Shown: in pieces, positions 26,275-37,677 of the stretch
Numbering within the stretch: position 1 is the first letter of the stretch
Layout of the letters: each line of letters opens with the position of its first letter
From: Takakia lepidozioides
Taxonomy: Eukaryota > Plantae > Bryophyta
Reading direction: 5' to 3'
DNA: 64,000 bases
Assembly: GCA_030704615.1 (NCBI GenBank)
Contig: CM060734.1
Location: forward strand, 36,828,001 to 36,892,000
Made by a program: the position numbers and the translations under genes
Notes under the pieces: generated by a model
Seen by the model: the letters and a program-made list of their open reading frames with translations, nothing else
Told to the model about the DNA's origin: nothing
Database searches by the model: none

Positions 26275-26980
26275 TCCGAAAACACAAGCGCATGTTGCTG
26301 GTCCTGAGTGTCAATGGACTTCTTTGCTACAGACCACCTCCTACCGAAGGTGAGTTGTTTAAACAGAGGTTCCACTTGAGGAAAGTAACAATTAGGGTGC
26401 CGCGAACCGTTCGTGGTTCCAAGACCTGGAGTGTTGGAGTTTCTTCGACTTGCATTGATTCATTTTCATGTAGCGATTTGGTCTTGTTCTGAGAGGGATA
26501 CTGTATTCAAGATGATGGAGTGTTTCGTTCCTCCAGAAATTATGAAACAATTTCGTTTCATTTGGTCTGCCGAACATTACACAGATACAGCTGGACATAT
26601 TAAGCTTGGAATGAAATATTTTATTAAAGATATTAAGAGTATTCTCGTAAAATTTAGTGGGAAAGAATTTGCTAGGCAGGGGCAAATTCTACTGGTCGAT
26701 GATGACCTATCCAAGGCACTCTGAAACCCAGTGAATACTGGAGTCTTCCCAATCACATTCAAGGAATGAGGATGATTTGGTTGACCTCACCAAAGCATTG
26801 TGGCCTTTTCTCTCGGGCTTGATTGGAGCCGGCCAATCCGTTGTTGATTATGTCAGCAAGAACTCCTACAAATCTTTTGGCCCACCGATAGATCGAAATC
26901 ACGTCCATTGGTCCTGGTTTGGAAGATTTATTGATGCTTCTATTCGGCACCCATCGCAAAAAGAACCCGATTATCTAGGT
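26275..26980 (+). pseudogene. FCP1/NIF-like HAD phosphatase-domain pseudogene
   Basis: LLVLSVNGLL (degenerate DxD/N motif I), RPGVLEFL..FHVAIWS, FIKDI and ILLVDDDLSKAL*NP. A frameshift near 26410 and a stop at 26722-26724. Confidence 0.75.
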
Positions 26981-28999
26981 ATGTAGTTTAACATTGCCCT
27001 ATTTTGTGTGTAGTCCATCAATTTTACTTCAACCTCCATTTGTACTTATACGTATGTTGACTTCACATGACTTTTGTGAGATCAATGATATTTCAATGAT
27101 CTTTGTATTTTCTTTAACAATTCTCTTCTATGCTGCTTCCACACAGTTATATTCCAGTGTCAAGTTCAGAATCAAATTCGACAGGAGAAGAAAGAAGAAC
27201 GGCAGCGGAAGGCTGAGCAGAGGGACCGCGAGGCTTTATGTTTGTCAAGGTCATCAAGTACAGCTACCAGTGATGTGTCTGGTCATATCTTATATCAATC
27301 TCCGACTATATCCATCTCCTCGGGTGCACAGAGTTCCGCCATCAGTGGTAACCGACGGCGATCTCGCATATATGCCTTGAGTGTGAGCCGTTTGGGAAAC
27401 AACTCTATATTATTGATGAATTAAACTATGGCCGGCCTGTTCATTACACACATTCGTTATTTAACACCTCAATGTTATGCTCATATTATGCCAGATCATG
27501 TCGGCCTTAATGTTGGTCATCGAAGTTTGAGAGAAATCACGCGCGATCGCGCGTGGTTCCTTCATATCTCCTCTTGTGGAGCTCGCATGGATCAGCAGTG
27601 CCATCAAATGTTATCAAAACACGTTGACTTCATTGTCAGTGGAGGCAATAACAGATCAGGCTGGAGGTTGGAGGAGTTCGTTGTGTACTTGATCCAGACC
27701 GAAGATGCTGTCAGGTCGTGCGAAACGTAATGTCGAAACTTTCAAAATTATTTCATAATATTTAAAGAGAAGGAATTTTACGATGTTTGCATATTACGAT
27801 GGGGACCAAGTGACACGATCATCATCTATGACTGAATTCGGGTTCCTAACACAAAATTCAAGCACCCACGATGGTTGTCTCATTTGTTCCTGTGCGGATT
27901 GTGAAGCTCTGTTAAAACCTCTCTTCAAATGGATTGAAGTAATTTTGGCGGCTTCGAAATTCCTTCCCTGATAAACTGACAACACCATCGTGGTTGATTG
28001 ACATCGGGATGCACTCCGCTCGTTATGGTTTTCAATGGTGGTAAAGGCAGAGATCTGTCGCGCGATCATGTGTGGTTCGAAAAGCGGACTTCATCATTGT
28101 CCCGGTTTTCCAGCCGACTGCCTTAGTGTTATATTACCTCAACAGTGCCACTTGTCATTGGTTGGAGTGATGCTTTTTATATGCTCACGCAATCAACAAC
28201 AAAAATGTTGTCATTTGAAGCTGTGAGGATTATGCAGGCATAGTGAGTTACTTCAGGTCAGTTACAGCGAGGGAACTCAAGGTATTCGCCGTCCCGGAAT
28301 ATTTCACACCATCATCCTGGATGATTCATTGATGTGTTTCATAACACACATTCAAATCATCCGGGCTGATGGTGTCACTTGTTCTTTGGCGGATTGTTCA
28401 AAGTATCTTAAAATCCTAGTCTTTAAGTTGTTTGAAGTCATTATCCCTGCTTGCATAATCCGATCTCCAACAATTGACAACAACCTCGTGGTGTATTTTT
28501 TGGTTCCTATATCCTTCGATTGGAGATTCATTATTTTTTTGAGGAACACCAACGATTAACATCGCGCGATCACGCGTGTTTTTCTAAGAGCTGACCTGTT
28601 TCGATGTCCAACATTGCAGGACGTGACTTCCACGTGAGCGTGAGAGCGTACGCTCACGCAGAGGTGATGTGGCATGAGCGCAGGCTCACACCAGCTGATG
28701 TGGCGTGAGCGTGAGGCTGACGTGGCAGTCGTCAGAATAACGTGGCATCTGGACAACTTGCCAGATGCCATGTCATCAGAAACATGTAGCACCTATAGCC
28801 GTGGCATTCATTCATGCAAAACACCAAAAATTAAAATGCAAGAACGACTTGTGAAAGCATTTGCATCCATTCCATTTATTTTCGAACGACTACACACAAG
28901 AAAGAAATGGCACACATTGCACAACATAATTTGAGACTGCATTGGCATCAAATATATGAAGGGACATCAAGTTCAAGTTTCAACTCTTGTGAAATCCAG

Positions 29000-31700
29000 T
29001 AATGGAATTTGTAGATGACCAAAGTGAAGAGGATGCTATGTGCTCCTATCCCGCTGCATAAGTGTATTCACCTCGTTGAAACTCATGGTGGCCTGGTGAA
29101 TGAAGATGTCGCGTCTGGGATCACATACCATTCTGTTCAAGAAGATAAAATACAGATGCTTGCAGGGTATAAATTTGCCTGTCGTTCCCAAACTTGTTGT
29201 AAGCATGCCAACAAAATATGGACAGGTGCGTTGGGGAAATTTGAAACTGTGATGTCGTACAACCGGTCGTGCATAGCAGATGTGGAGCTCATCATAGTGT
29301 AGATTCGTCCATACCCGGGATGTGGAACTTCCGTAGTGTCTGTAACACGACATTGAAGCATTCGAGCGGATTCCACCTTGCCGAAATGCTCGGCAGTCGG
29401 AGGGAAACGACGAACCAACTTCCCATTTCGTTTTGTTGGCCATGCATCAGCGTTCGGTGGTGGCACTCCAGAACTTGCTGAAGTAGAAGCATCTGCATGT
29501 ACAGAGGGGGCTCGCTGAAGGGAGAAGCCTGCCTCCTCCAGCATGGCAATCTCGTGAGTTGTGAGATGCGTCCCCACCTTCACAGGCCAAACGCTTGGTG
29601 GAGGAGGCTTCATGACAACCGATGGTCGCACAGTCCCACGCACGCACCTACCACAGTCGTCAGGGCAGAACCAGAATTTGTGGTTCTTCGCCTCGGCTTG
29701 CCCGTAAGGCGTGAACAAACCAGTGAAGGTCGGAGCCGGAGTGCGGACCTTGCCTCTGGATATGGAGAACTTGCATTTCTCACGATTGGTTGCTCTGATT
29801 GCCGTGCACTTCACTCGAGATCCAACAGTGGTGCGTTCTATGTGCCAGACTTCGTCGGGGCACATGGACTCCACCACAGGGGGGAGCACGTTCGCCTCCT
29901 GCCCCATTGCACTCACTATGGGAGATGGCTGCCTTTGGCTTCGTGACAAAGGATCGTCTGCACTGGATATGCCGGAAACGAACCCTCTGATGAAATGGAA
30001 CACGCGACATGGAGAAGTTGTCCCTGTCCGGCCTGTGGGAGTCCGCATCCGACCCAGGAGGGGTGTTCAATTTCCGTTTACAAGACCCGAATCTCTCCTC
30101 ACCCTCCAGATGGGGAACTCTGGACACCAGTGGAGTTCCTTCCGCACACATGCTGACAGCCCTGGCAATCTTGTTCGGATCCCCTGATCTTCTTGCTGCT
30201 TGCAACATCAACTCGGATCTGGACCCTTGCCACCAATGCCACCCTGCAAGAACTCCCGATATCTTGTCTATTGCAGTAGAGCTCGAATCAAATCATCTGC
30301 CGTCGCCACATACAAATCCCGGCCCCGCTTTCTAGATTGCTGCAACCATACATTGTGCACCGTCTCTGCCAAATTGCAAGAGGGCATGTCCGCCATCTCC
30401 TCAATTGACAAGTGCTGCAAAATGGAAAAACATATATCAGAAAGAGGACAGGCACACCCCACCACAACAGACATGACTGGAAATGGATACAAAGTCAATG
30501 AAATTTTTCAAGTTTTCAAATGCACACACCGTTGTCATGCATGCTCCCCATTGTCTGTACCGGAAGTGCCAAAATGCCAGCCAGTCTTCTAGCACTCTCA
30601 TACTGTCTTTTGATGCAGCCCCAGATGAGAACCACCAGGCACGAATTGTCTGGAACAATGTATTCGCCTTTGCCATGCTTTTCGCATCTTTGTACTATTT
30701 GCATAGCCTAAGATGAATAGGTTGCATTTCCGGTTTGATGTCTGCCTTTGTATGTTTCTCAAGGGACTGGGTCCAATGGAAAAGACATGTTCGCTCTCTT
30801 CCTGGCATTGGCACCTTTGGATCTCCTGATTCAAACACAATGCGAATAGCATTGAAGTTCGCTTAAGCACTGTCTGCCAGAAATCCGGCGAAATTTGGAC
30901 ATGGGACACCTTGGGAGTCCATAACGCGAATGAGACTTCTCCACATGAGCTGCTGCAAATCCGCATCCTCTGATTGCATGTCACACACTGCAATTGTCAT
31001 GACTCGCTGGTAGAAAGGATCGTAAACATGACACGCCATTGTAGTCCAGTCTTTCACTCGTTTGACATTATCAAACATAAGGAAACAGTTATGAAGATCG
31101 CCACCCTTCTGCATGCGCTTCACAAGACTGACTCCGCTGCCCTCCCTGGCTGTGGACATTTTAAAAACGTACACTTTGTTGGACCCTTGACCTGGGAACA
31201 CACTCTTTTGAATTTAGTCATACCTGCTCTGTCGCTTTAACTCGAAAATGTTATCAACGTACCCTCTGTTAGCAGAGCCCATCCTCAATGCATTCACCTG
31301 GTTTTTAATGTTCGGCGAGCTCAAGGTAGAGAAGTGATCCATAACATTGTCCAAGGCTGACCCGTCGAGTTTCCTGCCCACAGAATCTCCTTCACTAAGA
31401 ATATGGGTTTCAAGGAAAGTCTTGCTTGCTCCAAGAACAATTGTGGAGGTGGTGGCTGTTGGATTGTTGCCGTTGTTGCCACATCAAAGGCATCTGGGAG
31501 TTCTTCGGCCAAAGGACCTCAGGTGATTCTCTTACTTGCCATCTTCTGTCAAGTTTCCAGGGCATGAAAATTGCGTGCGGTGGCGCACGTAATTTTCTTG
31601 CCCTCTTTTTTGCTTGATCATTCAGAGTAAGACCACAGGGATGCAGGCAATGCATAACAACCAAACCGGGGTGTGACCCACTTCTCACTTTTCATGTACT
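29000..31700 (-). pseudogene. MULE DDE transposase with SWIM zinc finger (disrupted)
   Basis: MFDNVKRVKDWTTMACHVYD, FAGFLADSA*ANFNA, the Mutator CxxH motif RTCLFHWTQSL, CNLAETVHNVW and a SWIM finger CTCPYF..CKHLYF. Short introns, in-frame stops and frameshifts. Confidence 0.88.
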
Positions 31701-31762
31701 GCATAGGAGATGGACTTTTACATTGCATAATGGTTGTACCATCCCAAGTAGATTAGAGTTCG

Positions 31763-32190
31763 ACAGCTGAGAGAAGGCCATACAGAGAACCTCCAGAAAT
31801 TGAGTGCGTCAACGCACGCAATTTCAGAATGTTCTTTCTATGACCTTCTCTCAGCTGTGCTGAGTTAACAGAGACAGAAGCCCTGAACAGGCAGAAAAGT
31901 GAGTGTGAGAGAACCGCCAGAAACTGCGTGCGTTGACGCACTCAATTTCTGGAGGTTCTATGTATGGCCTTCTCTCAGCTGTGTTGTGTTAACAAAGACA
32001 GAATCCCTGAATAGGCAGAAAAGTGAGTGTGAGAGAACCCCCAAAAATTGCGTGCGTCAACGCACGCAGTTTCTGGAGGTTTGCATACTTTTATGGAAGA
32101 GAGTAGATTGACTTTGGGTATGAAATAGGCAAAGAAATGAGTAGCTTTCAAAGGGTGGAAAATTGCGTGTGTTAAAGCACGCAATTTCTG
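31763..32190. repeat. Tandem/inverted array of 30-bp imperfect palindromes (124-bp period) between the two MULE genes
   Basis: GAAATTGAGTGCGTCAACGCACGCAATTTC-like copies at 31796, 31920, 32044 and 32159. Also 31763-31825 is an almost perfect inverted repeat of 31920-31982. Confidence 0.95.
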
Positions 32191-32230
32191 GAAAGTCTTT
32201 TACATTCGTAACCTTTCATTTTGAGTGCAG

Positions 32231-34682
32231 ACGAAGAAAAGGAAAGGTGCTACTCAGGTCAAGGAAGAAGTGATTGAGCAGGAACTGGTGGTTGTTGAGG
32301 AGGAGGACGATGGCAGGCCATATGAAGACAGAGCGAAAGATCTGCTTTCATTCTCCAAAGTGAATTCTGCCCAAGTCATCAAGGCGATGGGCGTCCTTGG
32401 GGGAAAAATAATGATACCCCTATGCCGTTTGATCTCCATGCCCTTCGTTCGACCAGCTCTGACGAACGACATTCAAAAGTTGGAACAGGATTTTTGCCAT
32501 GGGTACATAGAGGGTCAATCAGTTTTTTACGTCTCCTTGGCAGACTCCGCTGGCAGAGAGGTGTTGGTGGACGAGTCCATTGTTGGAGGCTGGGATCCTA
32601 TCTGGCGACAAATAAACGATGAGTTCAAATCTATCATTTGCAAGAGGCTCGTCACCCAGCCTTTATCTGGCAAGATGTTTCATGTGTGGGATGGCAACCA
32701 CTGATTGCTTGCCTGGAGGAACATGATCGAGAGATATCATAGCACCGAGGAGGAGTGGCACTACTCTGTGGCCTCAATGGTGCTGGATCCCAAGGGAAAC
32801 ATCATTGCACTGCTGACGGCAATACATGACGTTAACAAGTAAGTGTCTTCTTCACCTGTTATTGTCCGCATTTTTTCCTTCACTGTCTCTTTGCTTTTAG
32901 CACTCACTGACGACACACCACTGTATGTGGCAGGGGAACTGAAACCGCCCATGTGACAACAAACCTTCTTCACACACTATTCAGGATCCAGAATATCGGT
33001 CAGATGCCCCTCAATTCATTCAAGAGCATCCTGAGTGCGGAGTCATTCAAGAAATGTTTGACATCGAAAACGTCAGATACCTGGTACAAGCTGACGAGGG
33101 AAGCATTCATGGAGTACATGTACACTGTAAGTATTCCATCGCTCTGGCCTTCCATTGTCTATTGTGATATTGTCAGTAACAAGTGATCTCATTCCGGATT
33201 ACGTTTTGCAGCAAGAAATAGCTGAAGCTGGAGAGAGAGGAGAAGCGGAGTACTATTTAAAAAACCCGGAGAGTCTGAGGATGTCCAAGGGAGTGGCGGA
33301 AGCCATGAAGTTTATGATGAATGAGATACGGAAGAAGCTCATGAGCGCTTTCGTGAAATAGCTGAGAATAGCTGACCTTGATTTTGGTCCCGAGTTTCTT
33401 AACCAGGTGAGGATCCACTGGAACAATAACACCAAACCGGAGATGACACAGGAAAAGCTTCACCGGTTGTCAACTGCAGCTGTGGAAGCTGACCAGAAAG
33501 TGAAATGGTTGGAGATTTGGAATTCCGACCCAACTGTCAAGGATACATACTACTTCCCTAGGGGTGAAAGAGATGAGAACACCGGGCACATCAAACCCTT
33601 CAGCGACCAAGTTCTTGATACATGGTTGCACAAAGCCACCTACTGGAGCCAGGTACTTTTCAGGACTTTATGTGCTTGAAATTTTTGAGAATATCTTCCC
33701 ATGAATGGACTCTAACCCATGCATATGTATACCTGCAGATTGAAGCTCGTGCAAACAAGGTGCTGGAGAAACAGCTTTATGACTACAAAATTACTATGAC
33801 CGTGCCCGAGGACACTCTGGAGGATTACTTGAGGCAGTGCAAGGCCACAGCTTGGAGCAACTGCTTCTTAACAAAACTCCTGTCTGTTTTCAGGTTTCGA
33901 AAGGGTAGTGTTGGGTCAATGGTTCTCTGAAACCATGTTGTGCCGACATGGTGATTGTGGACATTCCGGATGGGCTGCCAGTACCGGACATCCTACCCAC
34001 AGGCACTTGCCCAACATGGAATGGATTTGATGAGAGGTACTGGCGGTGGGTCTTTTCATTTTGCAATTTTTTTTTATCGGATGCAGGGGTTCTTGTAATG
34101 ATCCAGTCGGTCAATACGAAATGTTGACGGGAGCTTGCAAGCTACCTCAAGGCCTCGGGGATGAAAATCATCAAAACGTGGAATGGTGTGAACAACCTGT
34201 ACTTGACAAAGGGCGACTGTCCCGGACAAATGGTAATCAACTTTCTCTTGCCAGCTTCATTTTAAGTTCCATTTCACCCCTGCAGAAATGAGTGCGTCAA
34301 CACACTCATTTTCATAGACTTCAAACACTGTTCTTTCCAGATGATTTTTTTTGGATTCACTAATATATGCTTCATGTTATCTTGTGTGTAGACCCGCCTT
34401 TTTGAGGCCGTCTGCCTCGTCAGAGTGCACCCTGCTTCAACTCCCACAGCAGTGAAAGAGTTCAGGCTTCATGGGGGAGGTTTTTTCATCAACGATAAGT
34501 TCGATCCAGTGGTGGACGACATGGACTACAATTACGTGGATTCCAATGTATGCTTGCGAAAGTCCAACTCCACACCATGGAGAGGGGCCAAGGAGAAGAG
34601 CCCAACATTTATTCAAACAACTGTGGAGACTTGTTCCCATCCGGGGGCGCGTATCGTGGGCCTGTTCGGTCCGCGGTTATAG
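32231..34682 (+). pseudogene. MULE-borne spliced gene: ParB/Srx-like domain plus N6-adenine/N4-cytosine DNA methyltransferase-like domain; exons about 32231-32838, 32934-33126, 33212-33652, 33739-33868, 33894-34232, 34392-34682
   Basis: IPLCRL..VRP..DIQKLEQDF..GY and FHVWDGNH*LLAW (DGxHR box with CGA>TGA). Later come ADMVIVDIPDG, WN..YWRWVF..LSDAGVLVMI, LKASGMKIIKTW, TRLFEAVCLVR and PWRGAKEKSPTFIQTTVETCSHPGARIVGLFG, in the motif order of beta-class amino-MTases. Stops at 32702, 33359, 33906 and 34125. Confidence 0.68.
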
Positions 34683-34956
34683 GGCCATGCCTATGAAAAT
34701 GACGTGGCATGACGTGACGTGGCGTCAGGCACACTGGCGAGGTCGGCTAACGTGGCGTCAGACCCGTCAGCCAACGTGACAATAACTGATGACGTGGCGT
34801 GAGCCCGCCTAGGCTCACGCGGAAGCATCCCCCAACATTGCACACCAAAATAGTGTTACGAGGAGGCAAAATGTCAGCAATTGAACGTCAATCTCCAGCG
34901 TCATTCTTGTCGTTTTCATGTGGACGGGACGCCAAAGAAGGAACAATCTGTGCAAA

Positions 34957-35438
34957 CAATCTTAACAATTATATGTACTTCAAGGTGTTTGATACTGCTT
35001 ATGTTCATGTAGCTGATTTATATAGTAGTCTTTTTGCTATTCCCATTCCAACAACATCAAGTCCACTGAGACTGCCATATTCCGAAATCGGTATCAGGTA
35101 CCACCTACATGAAACCATCAGCTAAAAATGAAATCTCCAATTCATTCAATCCCAGCCCGGAGAATTATCTCAAGCTGCTGGCCAACTACTTGTGGGCTAG
35201 GGTGTTTCTTTGGAGTCGCATACAATGAATCGAAGATCTAGTTCTCAGTTGACATGCAGCTGATGGTTTCATATTGGTCAATGATGGTGGGCCGTGGCTG
35301 ATACGAGAGTCTGAATATGACAGTCGCTGGGGACCTGATACTGTTCGAATGGGAATAGCAAAACGACTACTATACAATTCAGCTACAGGAACAACAATAA
35401 CATCAAAAACCTGGTAGTAAATATGATTGTTGACATTG
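34957..35438. repeat. Diverged inverted repeat (about 170-185 bp arms) made of two paralogous coding fragments
   Basis: 34957-35125 aligns to the reverse complement of 35255-35438. Translations: YMYFKVFDTAYVHVADLYSSLFAIPI against HIYYQVFDVIVVPVAELYSSRFAIPI. Confidence 0.85.
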
Positions 35439-36399
35439 ATTGTGACAGCTCCAATCAGTTAGTTGGTGGTTATTCAGTTGGAGAACAATTTACGAGTGTT
35501 TTACAGTAAATCGTTAGAAGTACCACAGCCCGTCACAGATGAACCTTGACTGGTCACCCGACTCTATTTCCTTGAAGATTTCGCAAAAAACGTCACTCTC
35601 TCCATCAATGTACTTGCCACCGAGCCACTCTCCAGAAGCATACGAGCCGCATAATTCCTCCCCAATTGGATACTTTCAGCATCTTACTCCAAGGTCAGTT
35701 ACTTGGACATTATGTTTTGAAGAAAATACGAGTAATTCATCATCATTGCGATTCACTGAAAGTCTGCAAGGCCACCAATTCTTGGAGAAGTACAGCTGAA
35801 CTTCGGTCGCACAAGACATTGTTGGTTGGCGTAATATTTGAGGATATTTTTTGTGGGGTCATCACCATATCCACGATACTCGAGACAACATTTCACAGAC
35901 TTCTTCTATCTTCTGCTGACAAAAACCTTCGGAACAACGGAAGAATAGTGATCTGAAAATGGTCCCTCCAACCTTGTCAAAATATCGTGATTTTGGGAAA
36001 TGGCTTTCCTCAAAATATTTTCACCATAAGTACATTGGCCGACATCGTCTTGTGTTACCGGAGTTTAGCCCTCTTTCTAGAAGTTGATACTCTCATTGAC
36101 ATGGTTTACGTTACTTGTATTGGTCCATGTCGCATGGCGAGACTTACTCAAATGACATGGTTCTGAAATAAAACCTGGTTGTTTATCATCAATGTCTCCC
36201 CATTGTCTTTATTTTCATGTCATGGTATTGTGTCATTGTGCCATGTTTTGTTCACATATTTGATTGATTTGCCTTGTACGTTACATAGTAACGGCATTCA
36301 CAAGCTCAGTCGCGGTTATGAATATGACTAAGGCATAAGGTGCTCCAATCATCCATCAGGCCGCGGATCATGAAGTGAGTTATCACCCGACACCCGTTT

Positions 36400-36632
36400 T
36401 TTTAATTTATTTTTTAATGTAAGGGAAACACCTGGGAACGAACTCACAAATCAGGCCCCTTAATAGTGAGAGGAGAAAAAAAACCTCTTTCTCAGTAACC
36501 GCGCCATGTGGCGTTGGAATGGGACACCACCCAGGAACATACCACACCCGTCAGTAGCAAGATTTGACCCCATAATCATTTGGGTGGCACTCAGTGCACT
36601 TCACCAACTGAGCTACTGACTGTTGGTATCTC
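36400..36632 (-). mobile_element. tRNA-derived SINE, copy 3
   Basis: The reverse complement reads GAGATACCAACAGTCAGTAGCTCAGTTGGTGAAGTGCAC..TGCCAC..GGGTCAAATC with a canonical box A. Same body as copies 1 and 2, with an A-rich tail. Confidence 0.85.
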
Positions 36633-37677
36633 ATTCAACTCTTACTAAACGTCGAGTGAACAGTGGAACTTGCTTTATGAGCCAAATAGAAACTGTTTTT
36701 TCTCGTGAAATTTATACATAATGTTTCTTTATTGCTCATATTATATATTAATAGACAAACACTTATTTATATCTTTACATTTATATTTAAAATGTTCCAT
36801 TTAAATTCATTTAAATGATTTAAGAAAAATATATATTCAGATATTTCTCCTTATTTCTGGACCAAACTTCCAGATTTACTTAAAATTGTGTTTTATTCCA
36901 TAGCTTGTGAGTTGAGATTGAGTGAGAAAGAAGCTTGTGAGAGGTAAGCACATGAAACTTTGAAGAAAGAGAAGGCGGCTGTCAGAGACAAAAAATAATG
37001 GGGCTTGTCAATGCGCCTCCTCCTCCACCGACACATCTTGCCAAAGAGTATGCTATCATCACATCTTGGGCCGGCAAGGGAGATTGGTGCCATAGATGAG
37101 CAGATCGTTGTGTTGGTTGGAACCCTAAACGATGACTACTTGGTAAGCCTCAAGCGCCCTAAGCGCGTTGCTTGGCTTTTTTTTCCGCAATGCAGTGTTG
37201 AAGGACTGTAGTGTGTGGCCCAATTTCAATTCATCCTCTGGTACAACTTCTAGCCTTAATGAAGTTGAAGGCGATGGCTTGCATGATGGGTACAATTCCT
37301 GACCCACCTGATTTGGATTTTGGGCATGATCTTCTTTCTCCTGTGCCAGCTAATTTGTACATTGCAATGTGCGTGGGCATAACCAATCTCTCGAAGAATT
37401 GGGTGTCTTCGGCCAAACTATGAGAGTCATGCGTGCTAATCTATCAATGTTCGAAGTTGCCTTATCATCAACGTCCCCTTTGTGGATGTATGGGATTGTG
37501 ATTGAGCGTACCTGAGATATTGTGCTTGAATCTGGATTTTACCTCGTATCGGTTTTTGGAGGAGGTTGCCTTCAATCTGTCTCTTTTGGGTTATGTGAGT
37601 TCACAGACATAGATGGTGAGAGGCCGTGCTCTGTGGAAGATATGCTTGGGGGAGGTTGAGTTTTCCATGAGCAGAAC

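Larger units (their letters stand above)
28619..34833. mobile_element. Mutator-like (MULE) DNA transposon with two divergent genes
   Basis: A direct repeat AACATTGCA (9 bp, extendable to CCAACATTGCA) lies at 28610-28618 and 34834-34842. Imperfect TIRs start with GG (GGACGTGACTTCCACGTGAGC against GGGGGATGCTTCCGCGTGAGC) and end internally in CCTATAGCCGTGG / CCTATAACCGCGG. A MULE transposase lies inside. Confidence 0.88.

Noticed and set aside
31796-32188. CRISPR-like array (30-bp palindromic repeats at regular spacing)
   Set aside because: The spacers are copies of one another and about 94 bp long, the context is eukaryotic and there are no cas genes. It is a tandem repeat.
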